The notes beneath the pieces were generated by a model. The model saw only the letters and a program-made list of their open reading frames with translations, did no database searches and was not told the origin of the DNA. Shown one piece after another: positions 13,200-28,409 of a stretch of 64,000 bases of DNA. The translations under genes were made by a program, and so were the position numbers. The stretch's first letter is position 1. Each line of letters opens with the position of its first letter. The DNA is from the human T2T-CHM13v2.0 reference genome, Homo sapiens, in NCBI RefSeq assembly GCF_009914755.1, contig NC_060930.1. One strand, written 5' to 3'.

Positions 13200-13638
13200 C
13201 CACTCAATCTACCCTCCATCCTAGGACAAATGCTTGCCTGTCTCTCCAAATACCACAAACTTTTCTTGTTTTGCTTTTATTCTTGCAAAGAGCTCTTCCG
13301 TTCTCTCCTTACCTAGCTCAATAGTTAGCTCTTTAGTGATGCTTTTTATTTTCAAAATCTCTTTAGGCAGAATACATTGCTCTCTGATCTGCATTCCTGC
13401 AGCATTTTATAACTACTGTTATTAGGGAGCATGTCACATCGTTAGTTGTTTGCACATCTGGCCCTCCTGCTAGTAGACGGTGACCTCCTCAAATCCAGGG
13501 CAGACATTTTTTGTCCTTAAGTCCTCAGCATCTAGCTTAGTGCCCTATGCTAGGCAGAGCCCTATGATATGTTTCTTACATGTCAAACTAAAGTGATTCT
13601 TAAAACATAAGTCCTCTATTCTGTATCTGCAATTCAAA

Positions 13639-13640
<2 letters not shown>

Positions 13641-13683
<43 letters not shown>
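13641..13683. repeat. (TG)21 microsatellite
   Basis: Visible directly. Confidence 0.98.
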
Positions 13684-13685
<2 letters not shown>

Positions 13686-14274
13686 CTCAACTACCTTGAT
13701 GCTGATTTAGATGCAATAATTGCTGGACTCACATGTGGCATCATTGAAACAGAGAGATCATTTAGCTTGTAGGTGGGAAGTTTCCCGATCTAATTTCCCA
13801 CATTTGGAAGGTGTATATTCATTATGGTGTGTCAAACAGTTGCTAAATTAATATGATATTTCTTCCCCCTCACACATATGTGATTAATCCTTGTATCCAT
13901 GAGCACAAAAGAGCTTAACATGTATGTACATTAATCAAAACTTTTCTAATTGTGAGCTTCTTGCCCAGAAAGTTTCCTAAACGTAGGCAAGTTTTTTCAT
14001 TAAAATCGTAACATTTATTTCTAGCTAGTTTTCCTACCCGTTGCTGACTCTCTGACTATAATCCATCCTATTTCTGACCAGAGGCCATCGTGTTTTCATT
14101 GGGTCTACATCAAAACAAATCTTGAAAAAAAACTTCATGCAACAAATCTTTCCTTGGATACAATGTGTTGGAGTTCAATGCTGCTTCTCAGAAGTGAGCA
14201 TGAAAAAAAAAAACAAAACCTGGCTTATATTTTTCAATCCAATTCTTTTTACAAAAGCATTTTGTGAACGCCTA

Positions 14275-14334
14275 GCATGTTCAAAAAGCTCTATATACAT
14301 TGTGGCATGTTCAAAAAGCTCTATATACATTGTG
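14275..14334. repeat. Perfect 30-bp tandem duplication
   Basis: gcatgttcaaaaagctctatatacattgtg twice. Confidence 0.95.
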
Positions 14335-15973
14335 GAGAATAAAGAAATAGTAATACCTAGTCCATTTCCTCAAGGATCTCACAATGTACTGGGAGCAACT
14401 GAAAAATATAAGAGCATTTCAGGTACCGGAAGAAAATCGAAGAAAATCAAAGAAAAGCCCAGAGATTGGTACATCAGCCAGCATATTCATAGAGTAGTCA
14501 AATATACTATGGGCCACCTGAAACACAGTTTATATGATGGGGTTGGAGAGGACATGTGAAGCTGAGGGTTGGGAAGGGGTGGGGGGTTAAATATGACATT
14601 GTAAAAGATTTATCACATCTGAGGAGTCTGAATTTTTATTCCATTTGGGTAATAGGGAGCCATTAAATATTGCAGGGTGAGGGTTCATATTGGAAATGAA
14701 TATTTGGTTATCTGCTTTGTGTCAGGGTATTGTTTCAGCATTTATGCATGGCATCTTAAGGTTAAGGTAAGTTATGGTATCTCTCTCTGGCTCTCTTTCT
14801 GTAAATAAAACAGATGTTTACTGATGATCTGAACGGTAGTTTCAAGTTTGTAACAGAGTAGTGAAGACCCACAGAAAATGAGCCATCTCTACAACCCAGA
14901 AAATTCTGTCCCCAAGGATGATAATTTTGCAGCATGTTTAGGATTTATGTAGTCATATAATGCTGGGCACATTTTATTTCTAAGAAGAATTTTGTTCTAT
15001 TTGTTTTGATCTGGTATAAAAAGTGACTCCTACCTGGTAGTTCTGGGCCACTGAAGATGGAGACCATTATCCTGACGACTCTGGTGAATCTGCTTGTATT
15101 TTAAAAACAGGCATTTGTGAATCCAGTACACAGCAAGAGAAGGCAGGGCTAAGACCCACAGGGTGACTGCATTAAGACTCTTTTCTTGTCTCTTTTGCCA
15201 CTCTGATGGATGATAATAATTTTCTTTTTCCCTGCTGATAATAAATTTATGCTTTCTTCTATCAGTATGTGACTGTTTCCAGAGTTTTTCTCAGCTTAGC
15301 CTTGATAAAATTATCCTTCAGAGGAAGGTGATGGAACTTTCCGTCCTAGCCTCTTAGGAATGGACCCTTGGGGACTGGCTTCTGCAGGACCCACGCTATA
15401 AGGCAAAGAACCAGCCTTGAGACTGTCTTAATAAAGCCGAGCATTTCATGTGTCAGACAAATAGCCCCGGGCCACAGTAAAGGACCCCAAATGTAAGCAG
15501 ATGGCAATATTCCTTGCATGAGAAGGAACTGGGGTGGATCACGAAGACAAGGGCACTGCAGCCTAATGGCCCACGTGAATTTAAGCAAAGAGGCTTGCCT
15601 TGACATTGTTTCCAGGAGGGAACCAACACCCACTGAGAAATCTTCCTGGGCAGCAATCTCTCCAAGAGTCAGGATACCCCTCAAGTCTGCACTGTTAATC
15701 CCTGTCCAGATGGGCCTAACCAGGAAAACTGTGATGATTTCAGTCTAAATTTCACCTTAGCCTCAATTGTGGATTTAGTTCTCAATTGTGTATTTTTACC
15801 CCCTAGGTGTGGATGTTTCCTGGCTGGAAACTATTTTGTTTTGAAGAGTGTTTTTGTGACACAGCTTAAATGGATAGATATTAAATCTGGAGCCTATTTT
15901 AAGCTTTTGAGGGGGTCATGTCAGGGGCTGGGGACCAGAAGCAACAGTGGCAGAGTAAGAATCAAGACATTTT

Positions 15974-16282
15974 GGCTGGGCACAGTGGCTCACACCTGTA
16001 ATTCCCATCATTTTGGGAGGTCGAGGCAGGCAGATCACCTGAGGTCAGGGGTTTGAGACCAGCCTGACCAACATGGCGAAACCCCATCTCTACTAAAAAT
16101 ACAAAAATTAGCCAGGCGTGGTGGCAGGTGCTTGAAATCCCAGCTACTTGGGAGGCTGAGACAGGAGAATCGTTTGAACCCGGGAGGCGGAGGTTGCTGT
16201 GAGCCGAGATCTCGCCACTGTAACTCCAGCCTGAGCAACAGAGTGAGACTCTGTCTCAAAAAAAAAAAAAAAAAAAAAAAAA
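15974..16282 (+). mobile_element. AluS
   Basis: Dimeric Alu with poly(A); flanking direct repeat agacatttt. Confidence 0.97.
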
Positions 16283-17535
16283 GCAAATAGACATTTTCAA
16301 AACAGCTAAAGAGCTCTGTTCTCCTTCTCCTGCCGGTTGCCCATCTCTGATCCTCACAACTAGCAAGGAGAATATCATTAACGGATTGCAGTTGAGGGAT
16401 TCTTGCCTCTATATACAAGCAATCTCACTCTATGAGAGAACGTCTAAGAAAATGACTGTGAGAATTCCTAGTTGAAAAAGTTAAAATACTTATGAATATG
16501 ATTTTATAACTGAAGAAACCATGAGCTGAATCTGCTCACCATGATAATTTGAGGTTTAATTAATTAATGACTAAAGTACCTTGAAAACACAAAGGACTGT
16601 ATAAATGCTAAATATTATTAAATGTTAATAGCCATGTTCTCGAATAACACTGATATTAATTTAAATTCCTAAACCTTATTATCAGAATGAAATGCATGCT
16701 AATGAGGCTTTACTAATAAATATTTTGTTTATGATGTATTTAGAGTGGTATTACTTATCTTGCTAGAGCAAATATAAATTACGGCACATGGCAAAAGGGT
16801 GGCTGTCTTTTCTTCACGATAATTAAAATGGAAATGTAGAGAAATATAATGAATATATTAGGCAGAAATTTTGTGTTAGAACCACTGAGGTTTGCTTTAT
16901 AACTGAGCTGGTGATTCCACTTCTTCTCCTAATAGTGGTTCCAGGATTTGTTTGTCCACTTTTGCCTCATTAGACCCTCTTAACTGATACTGAATGAAGC
17001 GTATTTACATTTTCAAGCAAATTGAATGAAAATTAAAAAATTCAAGGAAAATCGCATGTCATTCTTTGATATTCTTGGATGCTTTCAATCAAGCTTGGGG
17101 ATTTCTTTTTATACCGCTTCTTGCTGGGACAACTGACAAGTCACTATCATTGCTCTACAGATGGGAAGCGGGCTTGCCTTGCTGTTCGTTTCCTGCCTTG
17201 ACTGGCTGATAAAGCTAGAGTTTGCTTCTTGGGATGCTGAATCATTCGTGTTTCAATTAGTGAAGACCTGAGTGAATTTCAGGTAGAATATATATTCATA
17301 CATTATTTATATGTGGTTTTTTATTCCAAATTGCAGTGGCTGCTTATATGTAGGGTACAGATGGCTTAGTCCAGACCCCTTCAAGTTTAGAAGTCTGAAA
17401 TTTATGCATACTCTCGAGTCATAGGCATCAAACAACTTTTCTTTCAACCTTCTTCTTACCAGTAGGGTGACCACAACTCTTGTTCCAACATGTAAAAATA
17501 ATATCTAATACTAGTATTGTCATGTGCTAGCATAG

Positions 17536-17894
<359 letters not shown>

Positions 17895-17992
17895 CAGTGC
17901 TATATATTTTACCTGTATTTTAAAATTCAATCCTCATGAAAACTCTATGAAATAAATAGGTAATAACAATATATCTAAAAATAGCACACATT

Positions 17993-18330
<338 letters not shown>

Positions 18331-21076
18331 TCAAGCAATCTATAAATTAGAAAAATATATTTTTATTATTGGTTTGTAAAGACACTTCATAAAGCAATGA
18401 TCATAACTCTCTGTCATTTTTGGGCAAAAGCTTTTAGAATTTTTCTTCTAATTTTTAAAGTTTTTGAAGTATTACAGTTTAAAGAAAGCATATTATAGTT
18501 AGTCGTATCGGGCCATGTTTTCCTTTGGGATTTAGTCCATTGTATCTGAATTTAGAAAACCTTTTCCTATCAACAGATGAAAAAACAATTTACAAATAAT
18601 TTTTCTTGCTCTTTAATCACTTGAGATTGCTTAAATGTTTTCTCTCTTTTTTTTATGTTTAGTTCATTAATTCATCTGAAATGTATTATGATATCTATTC
18701 TAAAGCCAAGCTTCAAATAGACCTTTTGTTCCAAAGGTTAACCACTATTTCTAGGATTTTTATAAAGCATGATTAGAACTTAGAAAGCAACCAGGCTTCT
18801 CAGTGTGGCAATAACTCTGTAAAGTATCACTATGCTGCATCTGCTCAACAGGTTTTTGTAGCACTGAATATACCATATGGGAACAAAATCATGTTGAAAT
18901 GGCCACCCAGGCTTGGCACATTTTGGCTGAATCCTCATGAGGGTCAGAACCATGTTCTTGAATCCCTTGGGTGTGAACAGCAGAAATGGCTGCCCTGAAA
19001 GAACAAGAACCTTGGCTTTGTTCCTATCATTTTTTCCAAAGGCCAAGACTTAAAGTCACACACCGATACAGACAGCTAAAGAAAGTCTCCAGATAACAAG
19101 CCAGCAATGCATCAACCCATGATGCAGCTGCGGTAGAGATGATCTTTATGTCAAAAGCTGCTTAATGCAGCCAGAATATTGGCTACAAACCAGTCATATA
19201 GGAAATGGACTCATGTTGCCTCATCGATTATTTTCTAAATAGTGGCAATTTTAAGGCCTCTCGATAATAGCTTTGCTGTTGAACCTAAACAGGAAAAAAT
19301 TGATGATTTCTGGAATTATTACGCATAGAAGATGAAAAAGAAATTAATATGCATCACATCCAGCCGGCATCCAGCAATGTTGATAATGGCTAACATGCTC
19401 TGAGAACTCACTATGAGTGTGCAGTACACATTTTACACGTCATTTCCAATTCAACCCTCACGATAATCCTATGGAATTATCAAACTATTATCACCTGGAA
19501 CAATTTATCCTCATTTAACAGACATCCACCTAGAAAGTGGAGAACCAGGGATTTCAATCTGATTCCAGAGCCTAGGCACTTAATCTCTGTATTGCCTATT
19601 TGAGTTAGGTATAGTACCTATTTAGTAAGATTTTGACTAATAGAATGAGTAAGTTAATTATTGGGGAAATATGTAAAATAATATTACCTATAAATATTTA
19701 AAAGCAAACAAAATTATAATTACCATAAAAAGATTTATTTATTTAGTGCAACCTATAAAATCTACTTCAACAATGTTACAAAGTAAAAATACATCTTTGG
19801 CTGATAGTGTGAATAAACACAAAGTATCAACTTCCAGAAAAGGCCATGTATTACCCTCATATTTTAATACCAGCAATTATAAAATAATAATTTAATTTGA
19901 TCTGCCTATTTACAGATTTTTAAATATAGACAGTGAAAATAGACATGACAGGAGAGAGACTGAAACTACCACAATAAATGACCAATGAAATTCAGCTTCT
20001 CAAGACAGTTGATAATTTTTATCGGGTTTTCTCATATTACATTTATGCACACATTAAAAGATGCATAAGAGAAATATGACTTAAAAATATTTATGAAAAT
20101 TGATTATCTATAACATTCAAATGTAATGGGAAAAAGCAATCAAAAAGTAGAAGAGTAAAAATCTTAAATATGTATCTGCCTACATAATTTTTCAGGTTCT
20201 GTTTGCAAAAATATAAACTAATGCGTAAACAAATAATTGATGGATTCCACAGGTAACTATTGAAGAACAGTTACCTCTGTTCACACAATCTTAGAAAAAA
20301 CTTTCAAAGAAAAGAATATGAAATTATGATAAGTATTTCACTGCAATCTCCTATATCCAAATATTTAGAAAGAATATCAGTTTCACATTGTAAACTTTAG
20401 TTTAGAAAACTAAAAAAATGAAATGAGGAGTCATTATTCCATTATTTATTATTTGTCTGAGTTTAAGAACATCAGGAATTTCTGCATCTCAGGTAAATAA
20501 ATCAAGCGTAAGTCAATCTGCAGAAATATAAGGCTCCCTACAATGGCAGATGACATGGGACACAGAGATACAAATACAGGTGAAACATTAAAGGTTGAAA
20601 ACATCATAATAAATAAAGACAGACAATCTCAACAGGATGGTGACCAGTTAGTGACACCACTCTCGGATTATCAAGAAAGAGAAGGTAGGTTAAAGGTCAC
20701 AGCACCCTGGCTGAGTCCTGGTAGCAGGGCATAAGCAAAGTGCTTTTCCATATCAGCATTTTGGAAAATACCTTTTTCTCAACATACAGACCATTGAAGA
20801 AGTCACAGGATTTTAAAGCTGTTAGCTGGAAAGAAAGATAAACAATGCGTCAAAAGCCATTGTCATGCTATTAAAATCTTGGCCAGATTCTTCTTTGTGC
20901 TTTCCACATCTCCCGAAATTTATGCAGTGAAATGTGTTTGCAGTAATTATTTAAAAGAATAAGTAGGTCCTCATAGATAAATTACCAATCTGTTAATTCT
21001 TTATGAATAAAATTAGTTTAATTCTAAAATTGAAATTTAAGAGTTCTTAACCCAAGCCTTTATAATCAATAATAGT

Positions 21077-21303
21077 CCTTTCCTTCCTTCCATCTCTTCC
21101 TCTCCTTTCCATCCCCCTTCCTTCTTTCCCTCCTTCCTTCCTCCCTTCCTTCCTTCCTTCCTTCCTTCCTTCCTTCCTTCCCTCCCTCCTTCCTTCCTTC
21201 CTTTCCTTCCTTCCTTCCTTCCTTCCTTCCTTCCTTCCTTTCCTTTCCTTCCTTCCTTCCTTCCTTCCTTCCTTCCTTCCTTCCTTCCTTCCTTCCCTCC
21301 TTC
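21077..21303. repeat. (TTCC)n polypyrimidine microsatellite
   Basis: Visible directly. Confidence 0.97.
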
Positions 21304-21756
21304 ACCAGTTATTTAAAACATTTCTATTAAGGAAACAGAGTGTTCCAGATTCCTGTTTATTTGGGGGATAGGAAGTCTCATAAGACAAAGTTCCTGATGT
21401 CCAGGAGTCTAAGGTTTACTATGGAAAATAAACATATTATAAAGTAATTTGAATAGTATAATTAAACTATAATCTTTTTTTAAAAAACTACTGTAATTAA
21501 AGATGTTGCAGTGGGCCTGGCTATAGCAAAAAGGAAATTCTGTTTGGATGCACCAAGGAAGGGTCTGCAGAGAAGGAGGCCACTGGGCTGGAAGGGAATG
21601 ACGCATTAGGCACTGGGTAGAGGAGGGGTGAGAGATTCCCAAGCTCTGGAGCATCATGTCCAACCCTGAGGGAGAACTATGCAGGGAGGAATAGATGGTG
21701 TTCCTTATGACCTGGGCAAAAGCTACTTTTAGAAGGGGGTTTAGAAATAATGCCAG

Positions 21757-22155
<399 letters not shown>

Positions 22156-22783
22156 CTAAAAGAAGAAAATGAATTGCCAAGGTTTGCAGAAACGTTTGAC
22201 CATCTCTGTTCCAGATGCTGCAGTTGCTCCTGTTCTGGCTCTTACGGGCCACAGAAGACAAAAGGCCGGGCCACCTTGCTCCTCCTCAGACTCCTCCCTT
22301 CTTCTCTCCCCTTCCGGCACTTGGCAGATTCTTTCTCTACACGTGGCCAGTGCACAAGCTCTCGGGACTCCTTCTCCTTGGCAGGAGGCTTAGCTGCATC
22401 TCCACTGGCTCCTTTCTCACAGGATCAGAGGTCTTGATGGACCCAGGGCTCTATTTCCCTGGTAAAGAAATGCACCCATTCCTTACCCACCCCATCCCTC
22501 TTCCCTCAACACCCCTTTCAGCTTTGTGGAAAGGCAAGCAGAAGAGGAGACTTGGAAAAGGACTTGGACACACCTAACCCAGAAAAAAGGAACCTTCCCG
22601 ACTCCCTATAATCTAGCCCAGTTCACTACTTTCCATGCACTGGGGCCAGAGTTCCTACTGGTAGTAAAATGTGCCTTTGCCTTATATGAGTGTCTATTCA
22701 GATATTTCTCCCTGGAAAGCTCTCAGAATGTGGTGGCTGTGATTTCAGAACTTGAATATTCCTGAGTTTCCTAATCAAAACAA

Positions 22784-22815
<32 letters not shown>

Positions 22816-22841
22816 TGTCTGTCTGTCTCTCTCTCTCTCTT
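22784..22841. repeat. Compound microsatellite (TGCC)n(TGTC)n(TC)n
   Basis: Visible directly. Confidence 0.9.
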
Positions 22842-22849
22842 TCTGTACA

Positions 22850-23380
22850 TTGCAAGGCCAATGTCATAAGGGAGACTTATATGCCATTCTAAGGTGTGGT
22901 GGGAGTGGGGTTATATAGGTGACCACTGAAGGGTTTTAAGCCACATGTTCAGAAGAGCATTTCTAAAAGACCATTTAGGTAGGTGTATTTAGACTAGATT
23001 GTGGGGAGTGACAGGGTGGGGGGAGATCTAAGAGGCAGAGGACTAAATTAAAGATGGTAAGGACCCTAGCCAGGGAAAGAAGCACAAAGGAAGGCATATT
23101 TTAGTCATTGGGGCTTAGTAATGAGTGGAAAATCTCATTGAAAAGCTGAATGACACAATCGCCAACTAGAGAAGTTACTCAATGTGGAGGAAGACAATGG
23201 CTTATATTTTAAATATCCCCAAATAAATGAGTTTGGGGTGCTTCAGGAATAGATGTGGAGTAGATTTAAGATATGGCTCTGGCCTTTGGAAGATAACTGG
23301 GATGTCATGGAAGCCATAGATTTGGGTGAGATCAACCACGGAGGGTGTTCGGAACACAAAGGCCACAGAGCTGGGAATGG
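22850..23380 (-). mobile_element. L2 remnant
   Basis: Purine-rich antisense L2 motifs (ccactgaagggttttaagc, gaagccatagatttgggtgagatc). Confidence 0.55.
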
Positions 23381-24049
23381 AAATGTTGGTAGTATGTATA
23401 CCTTACATTTATCTGTATCACTTTACAAATGCATGTAAAGTGAATAGAGAAAGAAGAAGAGAGATGGAGTAAGAAAGATTGAGAAGAAATTTTCCAAGAT
23501 GTAAAATTCTTCTGGAATTTATCAATGTCTTTAGACCAGGTGTCAGAAAAACTATGGACTGTGGACCTATATGTATAGATAAGCCTGGACCAGAGAATGA
23601 GCTAAGTGAGCAGGAGCTTCTTCTGGCCATCTTCTCCACCAAGGCCCTGGGCTGTCAGTGATGCATCTGACAATTAGTTACCAATAAATACCATGGGAGC
23701 CATTAGGAGACACTATAAGTTTTGCAGAACATTGCTGAAATCGCCAAAATGTCCTATTTAAAATATTAATATCTAAAAGTATTTGGTGCAATTATGTGTA
23801 AATTTAATAGAAACAAAATAATCTATCATCTGGTAAAGACTCAAGAAAATTAAAGGGAACTGAATGAGCTGGTCTTGAACTTTAGTCCCTGTTTTTATAC
23901 ATCTGCTCTGCGTATCTGCTTTTAGAAGCTGGCGCTTATTGTTTGGGAAGAAAGAATACTAATGAATTCATTCTACTGACAATATTTTATGTAGGCATAT
24001 TGTTTATCAAACCATAAAGGAATAAGTAGATGGTTTCTTATGATCTCTT

Positions 24050-24816
24050 CTGGACAAGTTGGCTGCAGAATTTGCAAAATAAAAATGTGGAGCCCTTTGA
24101 TCAAAAAGCAGGAAGAAGTGCCATTAAAGGTACTAAAATATACAGCTTTTTCCTTTCTTCCATAGTCTTTCTCTCAACTCATCATGATGTTTTTTATTTG
24201 TTATGTAATGTTGTTCTAAGTAAAGAAAAATTAAAATTTCAAGTCATTACCATATATTCTTTATATTGTGCATTGCCAGTTTAAAATCCAAATATAAAAG
24301 CATTTAACTAGATGCAGAATCACTGAAATGACAAAAGCCATACATGCTCATACATGCATAAGTAATGTACAGAAGTAACATCAGGAAGAAAGAAGATGAT
24401 AGAGATCTTGGTCACTCGTGTTTCTTAGAGACCACCATCACACTTCTGCCTTTGAAGCTGCTCTGGTTCAAATGGAAAGCCTAGCCTCTCAGGACTGTCA
24501 GCACACCCGCTTCCTCAGTCGTAGACATTACACACTTTATACTTACATTGAGACCCGTGGAACACTCGCCTATCATGGGTGCACTGGAATTCTGTGCTCA
24601 CAGGACATGTCAGTGGCAGCAAGGAATGGCAGGCACGCACATTGCACCCTATCTCCCCTGCTTATGCACTGCTGTGGTATCCTATAGGGCTTCTCTTACA
24701 ACACAAAAGTTCAAAGATAAAATTGTTAATTTCAGTACAGCAACAGCAAAGCATTAATCCACTGAGCCCTGGCCCTGCGCAACTGCAGAGGTTGCATGCC
24801 CCATGAAGCCTCCTGG
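24050..24816 (-). mobile_element. MER45-family hAT-Tip100 fossil
   Basis: Reverse complement of ggcttcatggggcatgcaacctctgcagttgcgcagggcc start; ttatctttgaacttttgtgttgtaag and atgtctacgactgag internal motifs. Confidence 0.7.
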
Positions 24817-27800
24817 GCTTGCAGGTTTCAAAGAGAAGCCTGCTCATGCCAGCCAGCATCCATCATCTCTAGGATCTGCCAGCAGTGCCAGGAGCTGAGT
24901 ACACATGGACTTCAGATCAGTTGTAAGCTCTGAGCTCGGTGTCCACCTTCTGCAGATGCTGCTGCTGTCCCGCTAGTACAGAAGCCTTCCAGGGCTCTCT
25001 GCTCAGTCCTAGCAGCTCTCAGAGTCACCTAACAGACCTTCCTAAACATACTTACATCCTGTTCAAGTGGCTCTGATGTGAGTGAGACTGGGCATTATAA
25101 GCATCCAGCTGTCAAGAATCAACTAGGGTTTTTTGTCTTTGGAAGTACCTTTTCAGAAGAGTTGATCCTCAAAGAAGATATTTATCTAGTGGCTTTACAT
25201 AACATGCTTATGCAATCTGTGAAGTCTAGATGCAAATGATGCACTCAATTTTTGATGTTTTCCAACCAATATTGACTGAGCACTCAATATGTACAGGCAA
25301 TGTGTGGGGAACTGAGGATATGAGGGTAAGTGAATATGGACACGGTCCCTGGACTCTCAAAACTTACAATCTAGTATTGGCCAGTTTGAAGGACTGAGAT
25401 AAGGCTACTGTTATTTCATTGGAATCACATAATATATTTAGTATTTTTAATAATAGAAGTTCATAAAATGCAAGAACATAGGTCTTCTGAAACCACTTGT
25501 CCGGTAGGTCTTTCCAATCTTCAATACTGACTCTTAGAGTAAAAAAAAAAAAAAAAAAAAGGTAGCCTGGATGTGGTAGGGGGAGGGGAGTGGGATGGAA
25601 GGAAAATGAAAACTAGGAAGTTGATTGCTCCAAACAGAGTTTCAACGTAGACTCATTAGTAAAAATGAACTACCTTCCTGGTTAACTGAACTGAGTTTAA
25701 TCACTATGAAATAATTCAGTGCTGACAGACAAGATGGGCATCATTACCTTGTTCCTTGTATTCCACTTCTGGATTTTTATGAGACTTTTCCACTTCACTG
25801 GAAAGTCGTCTTCGTCAATCAATTTTACGTATTCGGTTTGGATCACTTTCCTAAGGTAGATTAAGATCCAAGTGTACTTTTGTGTTTTTAACTATATTAA
25901 TTGCTTGATCAGCTCCCATTTCAGAGAAGCTCAGGGAAATGCTTTGTGCTTACATCTCTAGTCTCTGAAAGCTGCTTCTTTGCCTTTTCCTTCTTGTCTA
26001 TTAACCCTGCACTTGCCATGCAAATTATACAAATGTTGCACTTCTGGCACTAGTAAATTACATTTATATTTGAATTTCATTAGACACTTTCACGGGTGAT
26101 TGAGCTTGTTTACGTTCTTCCTTTCTAATCAAACGACTGAAATCTAAGGTCTGTCTCTGACTCAATGGTATGGCAAACAAGTTTTATTCTTGCAAAATAA
26201 TTTCTAAGTAATTGAAAATGGGAAAAAAAGAGGAAGAAAAAAGCGTCTTCAAATGCAGACTTCTTTTTTCTTTCTTATGAGCAACTGAAATCCTAGAATT
26301 GAAAACTGTTTAATTAAGCATTTTGAAATAAACACCAACAACCCAATGAAGAAAGTATAAACACAACCATTTGTATATTTTCGATTCTTGTGCTGAGGAT
26401 AACTATGTTGACACTTTAAAAAATCTATGTCTTTGTAAGGGCAAAACAAAACAATCAAATTGTTCCAAATGGATTTGGATATTTAAGAGGTCCATACCAT
26501 TAATAAGAATTGACCTCAATCTTGCCTTGAATAAAATACTGTCTCCTAGTATTTATGAAGACCTTTGTAACAGATAACAAAGCATGGTATTAAGTAAAAG
26601 TTGACATATTCTCTCTAGAGGATTATAAGTAATGAGATTGTGTGAGTAAACAATCCATCTTTCATTTGGTGTGATATTTCTAGGTATGTTAAACATATAT
26701 TTTTCAGTATTCTAAAATAGCACAAAAGGATTAATTGATTTACTAAAGCGTTTAAAACTTTTATATTCTCTTTCCAAAGAAATACAAATTACTTTGGAGA
26801 TCTCTCCTTACAAAAATGACTGTTTACTTGAGAAGAAAAACAAAGAACATTAAAAACACAATTGGCCTCGGATGATAATTTGAGATTTCTCTAAACTCTA
26901 TGTTATGTAGGACTAAATTTTTATTAATGATTTCTCATGTCCTACTTCTAGTTTCTCAAATTTTTAATAAATGAGCACACATTATATATTTAAAACTACC
27001 CATTGTCTTTCCTTTTGTCTCATCCAGATTTTTAAATCCACTGTACTGCAGCCAAACTGGACTAGCGGTTAGTCCCCAAACATCTCTATACTCCCAATCT
27101 CGGGCTTTTCTTGAGGCAAATCTTTCCATTTGCCTAAAATCTATTCCCCGGTATCTATGCCTAACATTGTTCTGCTGGTCTTTCATTTCTCAATACAAAT
27201 ACCAGATTCTCTGTCGAAATTTTCCCTAAAGAGATCTCTCCCATCTTTGAAGCACACATTTAGAATACTCTGAAAAGCAGTGTTTAGAGTGAGACCTGGG
27301 TTTAAATGATAACTGAGCACTGGTTACATATCTTTGGGCAAACTGACCTCTCAGACTTTATGACTTTTGTCTGTGACATAGGAGGCACATGCCCATATGA
27401 CTGGGAGAAACAAATGAGATAATTTAGGGAAAATTCTTGGTTGGTCCAGTGTTAGTTCCATAGAAGGGCTCAGGATTTGTAGCCACTGCTATAATTCTAT
27501 TACTACCCACATTTCATCCATGACAAATCATCTACTTTAGTTGGGAGAGTACATGTATACTTTCCTAACTATTGATAGATCATAATGATAAGAAAATATC
27601 TATGTTTCTTTGCTTTCATCCATCACAATATCTAACACAATGTCATGGCACTTAATAAATAATTCTTAATTAACTGTTTCTTCCGTGAGTACCTTGAATG
27701 GCTTATTCACTGAAAAAAGAAAAAACATATCCAGTCATTCTCTTTTCTCACCCAACTTGTGAGCTTGCGTGTGTGCATGTGCAGGGGAGGGGGAGAAAAG

Positions 27801-28409
27801 TATGTGTACACTCTCATAGGCTTAGCTGGCAAACATCTCTGGAGTGGGGTGCCAGCTAACGTTGTATTCCTGTGGTGGGAAAAAAAAAATGCTTCTAAAA
27901 ATTGGTAATTCTCATCAATACACAGAATGTAATTAAATATGCCAGTAAATTACATTTATATTTGAATTCAGAGCCTTATCAGCTAGGAGATAACTAGAAA
28001 CAAATTTTCCTAATAATAAATTCTTAAGGATTTAATCTAGAAAATGATATTTAGTTCAGCATCAAGTTTTCAAGCTTATTTTAGCTTTGGAAAATTATAA
28101 TTTCTGAGTAACTAAAACTTGAGAAATAAAAGACATCTTGCTAGCATAATTTGTAAAGCATTCAGTGGTTAAAATAAGAAAAATTAGCCTTTGAGTGAAA
28201 CTTAAAACACGTTTGTCAAAAGCTAGCAGCCAAAACACAGGAAAGCAATTTATCCAAAATTAGATTGCTTTGAAATACTAAGGTTAATGGAATCAAGAGA
28301 GGAAAAAGGTGGTGAGATAATTTGGGATCGTTAAGACCTTCAACTTAGATGGGACATAATCTAAGTTAACTATGTGAACATTAACTCATGTCTTAAAATG
28401 CTCCAAACA

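Noticed and set aside
14122-14559. 145-aa plus-strand ORF
   Set aside because: Non-ATG start, runs through a poly-A stretch, a tandem duplication and L2-like remnant; no recognisable protein similarity
16035-16418. 127-aa ORF and similar ORFs at 18109, 21773, 21817, 46898, 60991 and 63562
   Set aside because: Translations of antisense Alu sequence
17161-17282. Possible plus-strand exon (ctctacAG|ATGGGA...TTCAG|GTAGAA)
   Set aside because: Weak donor, in-frame stop after the ATG and no partner exons; not distinguishable from chance
21066-21305. EGRK-repeat ORF and similar ORFs at 50993/51009, 46776 and 77
   Set aside because: Microsatellite translations
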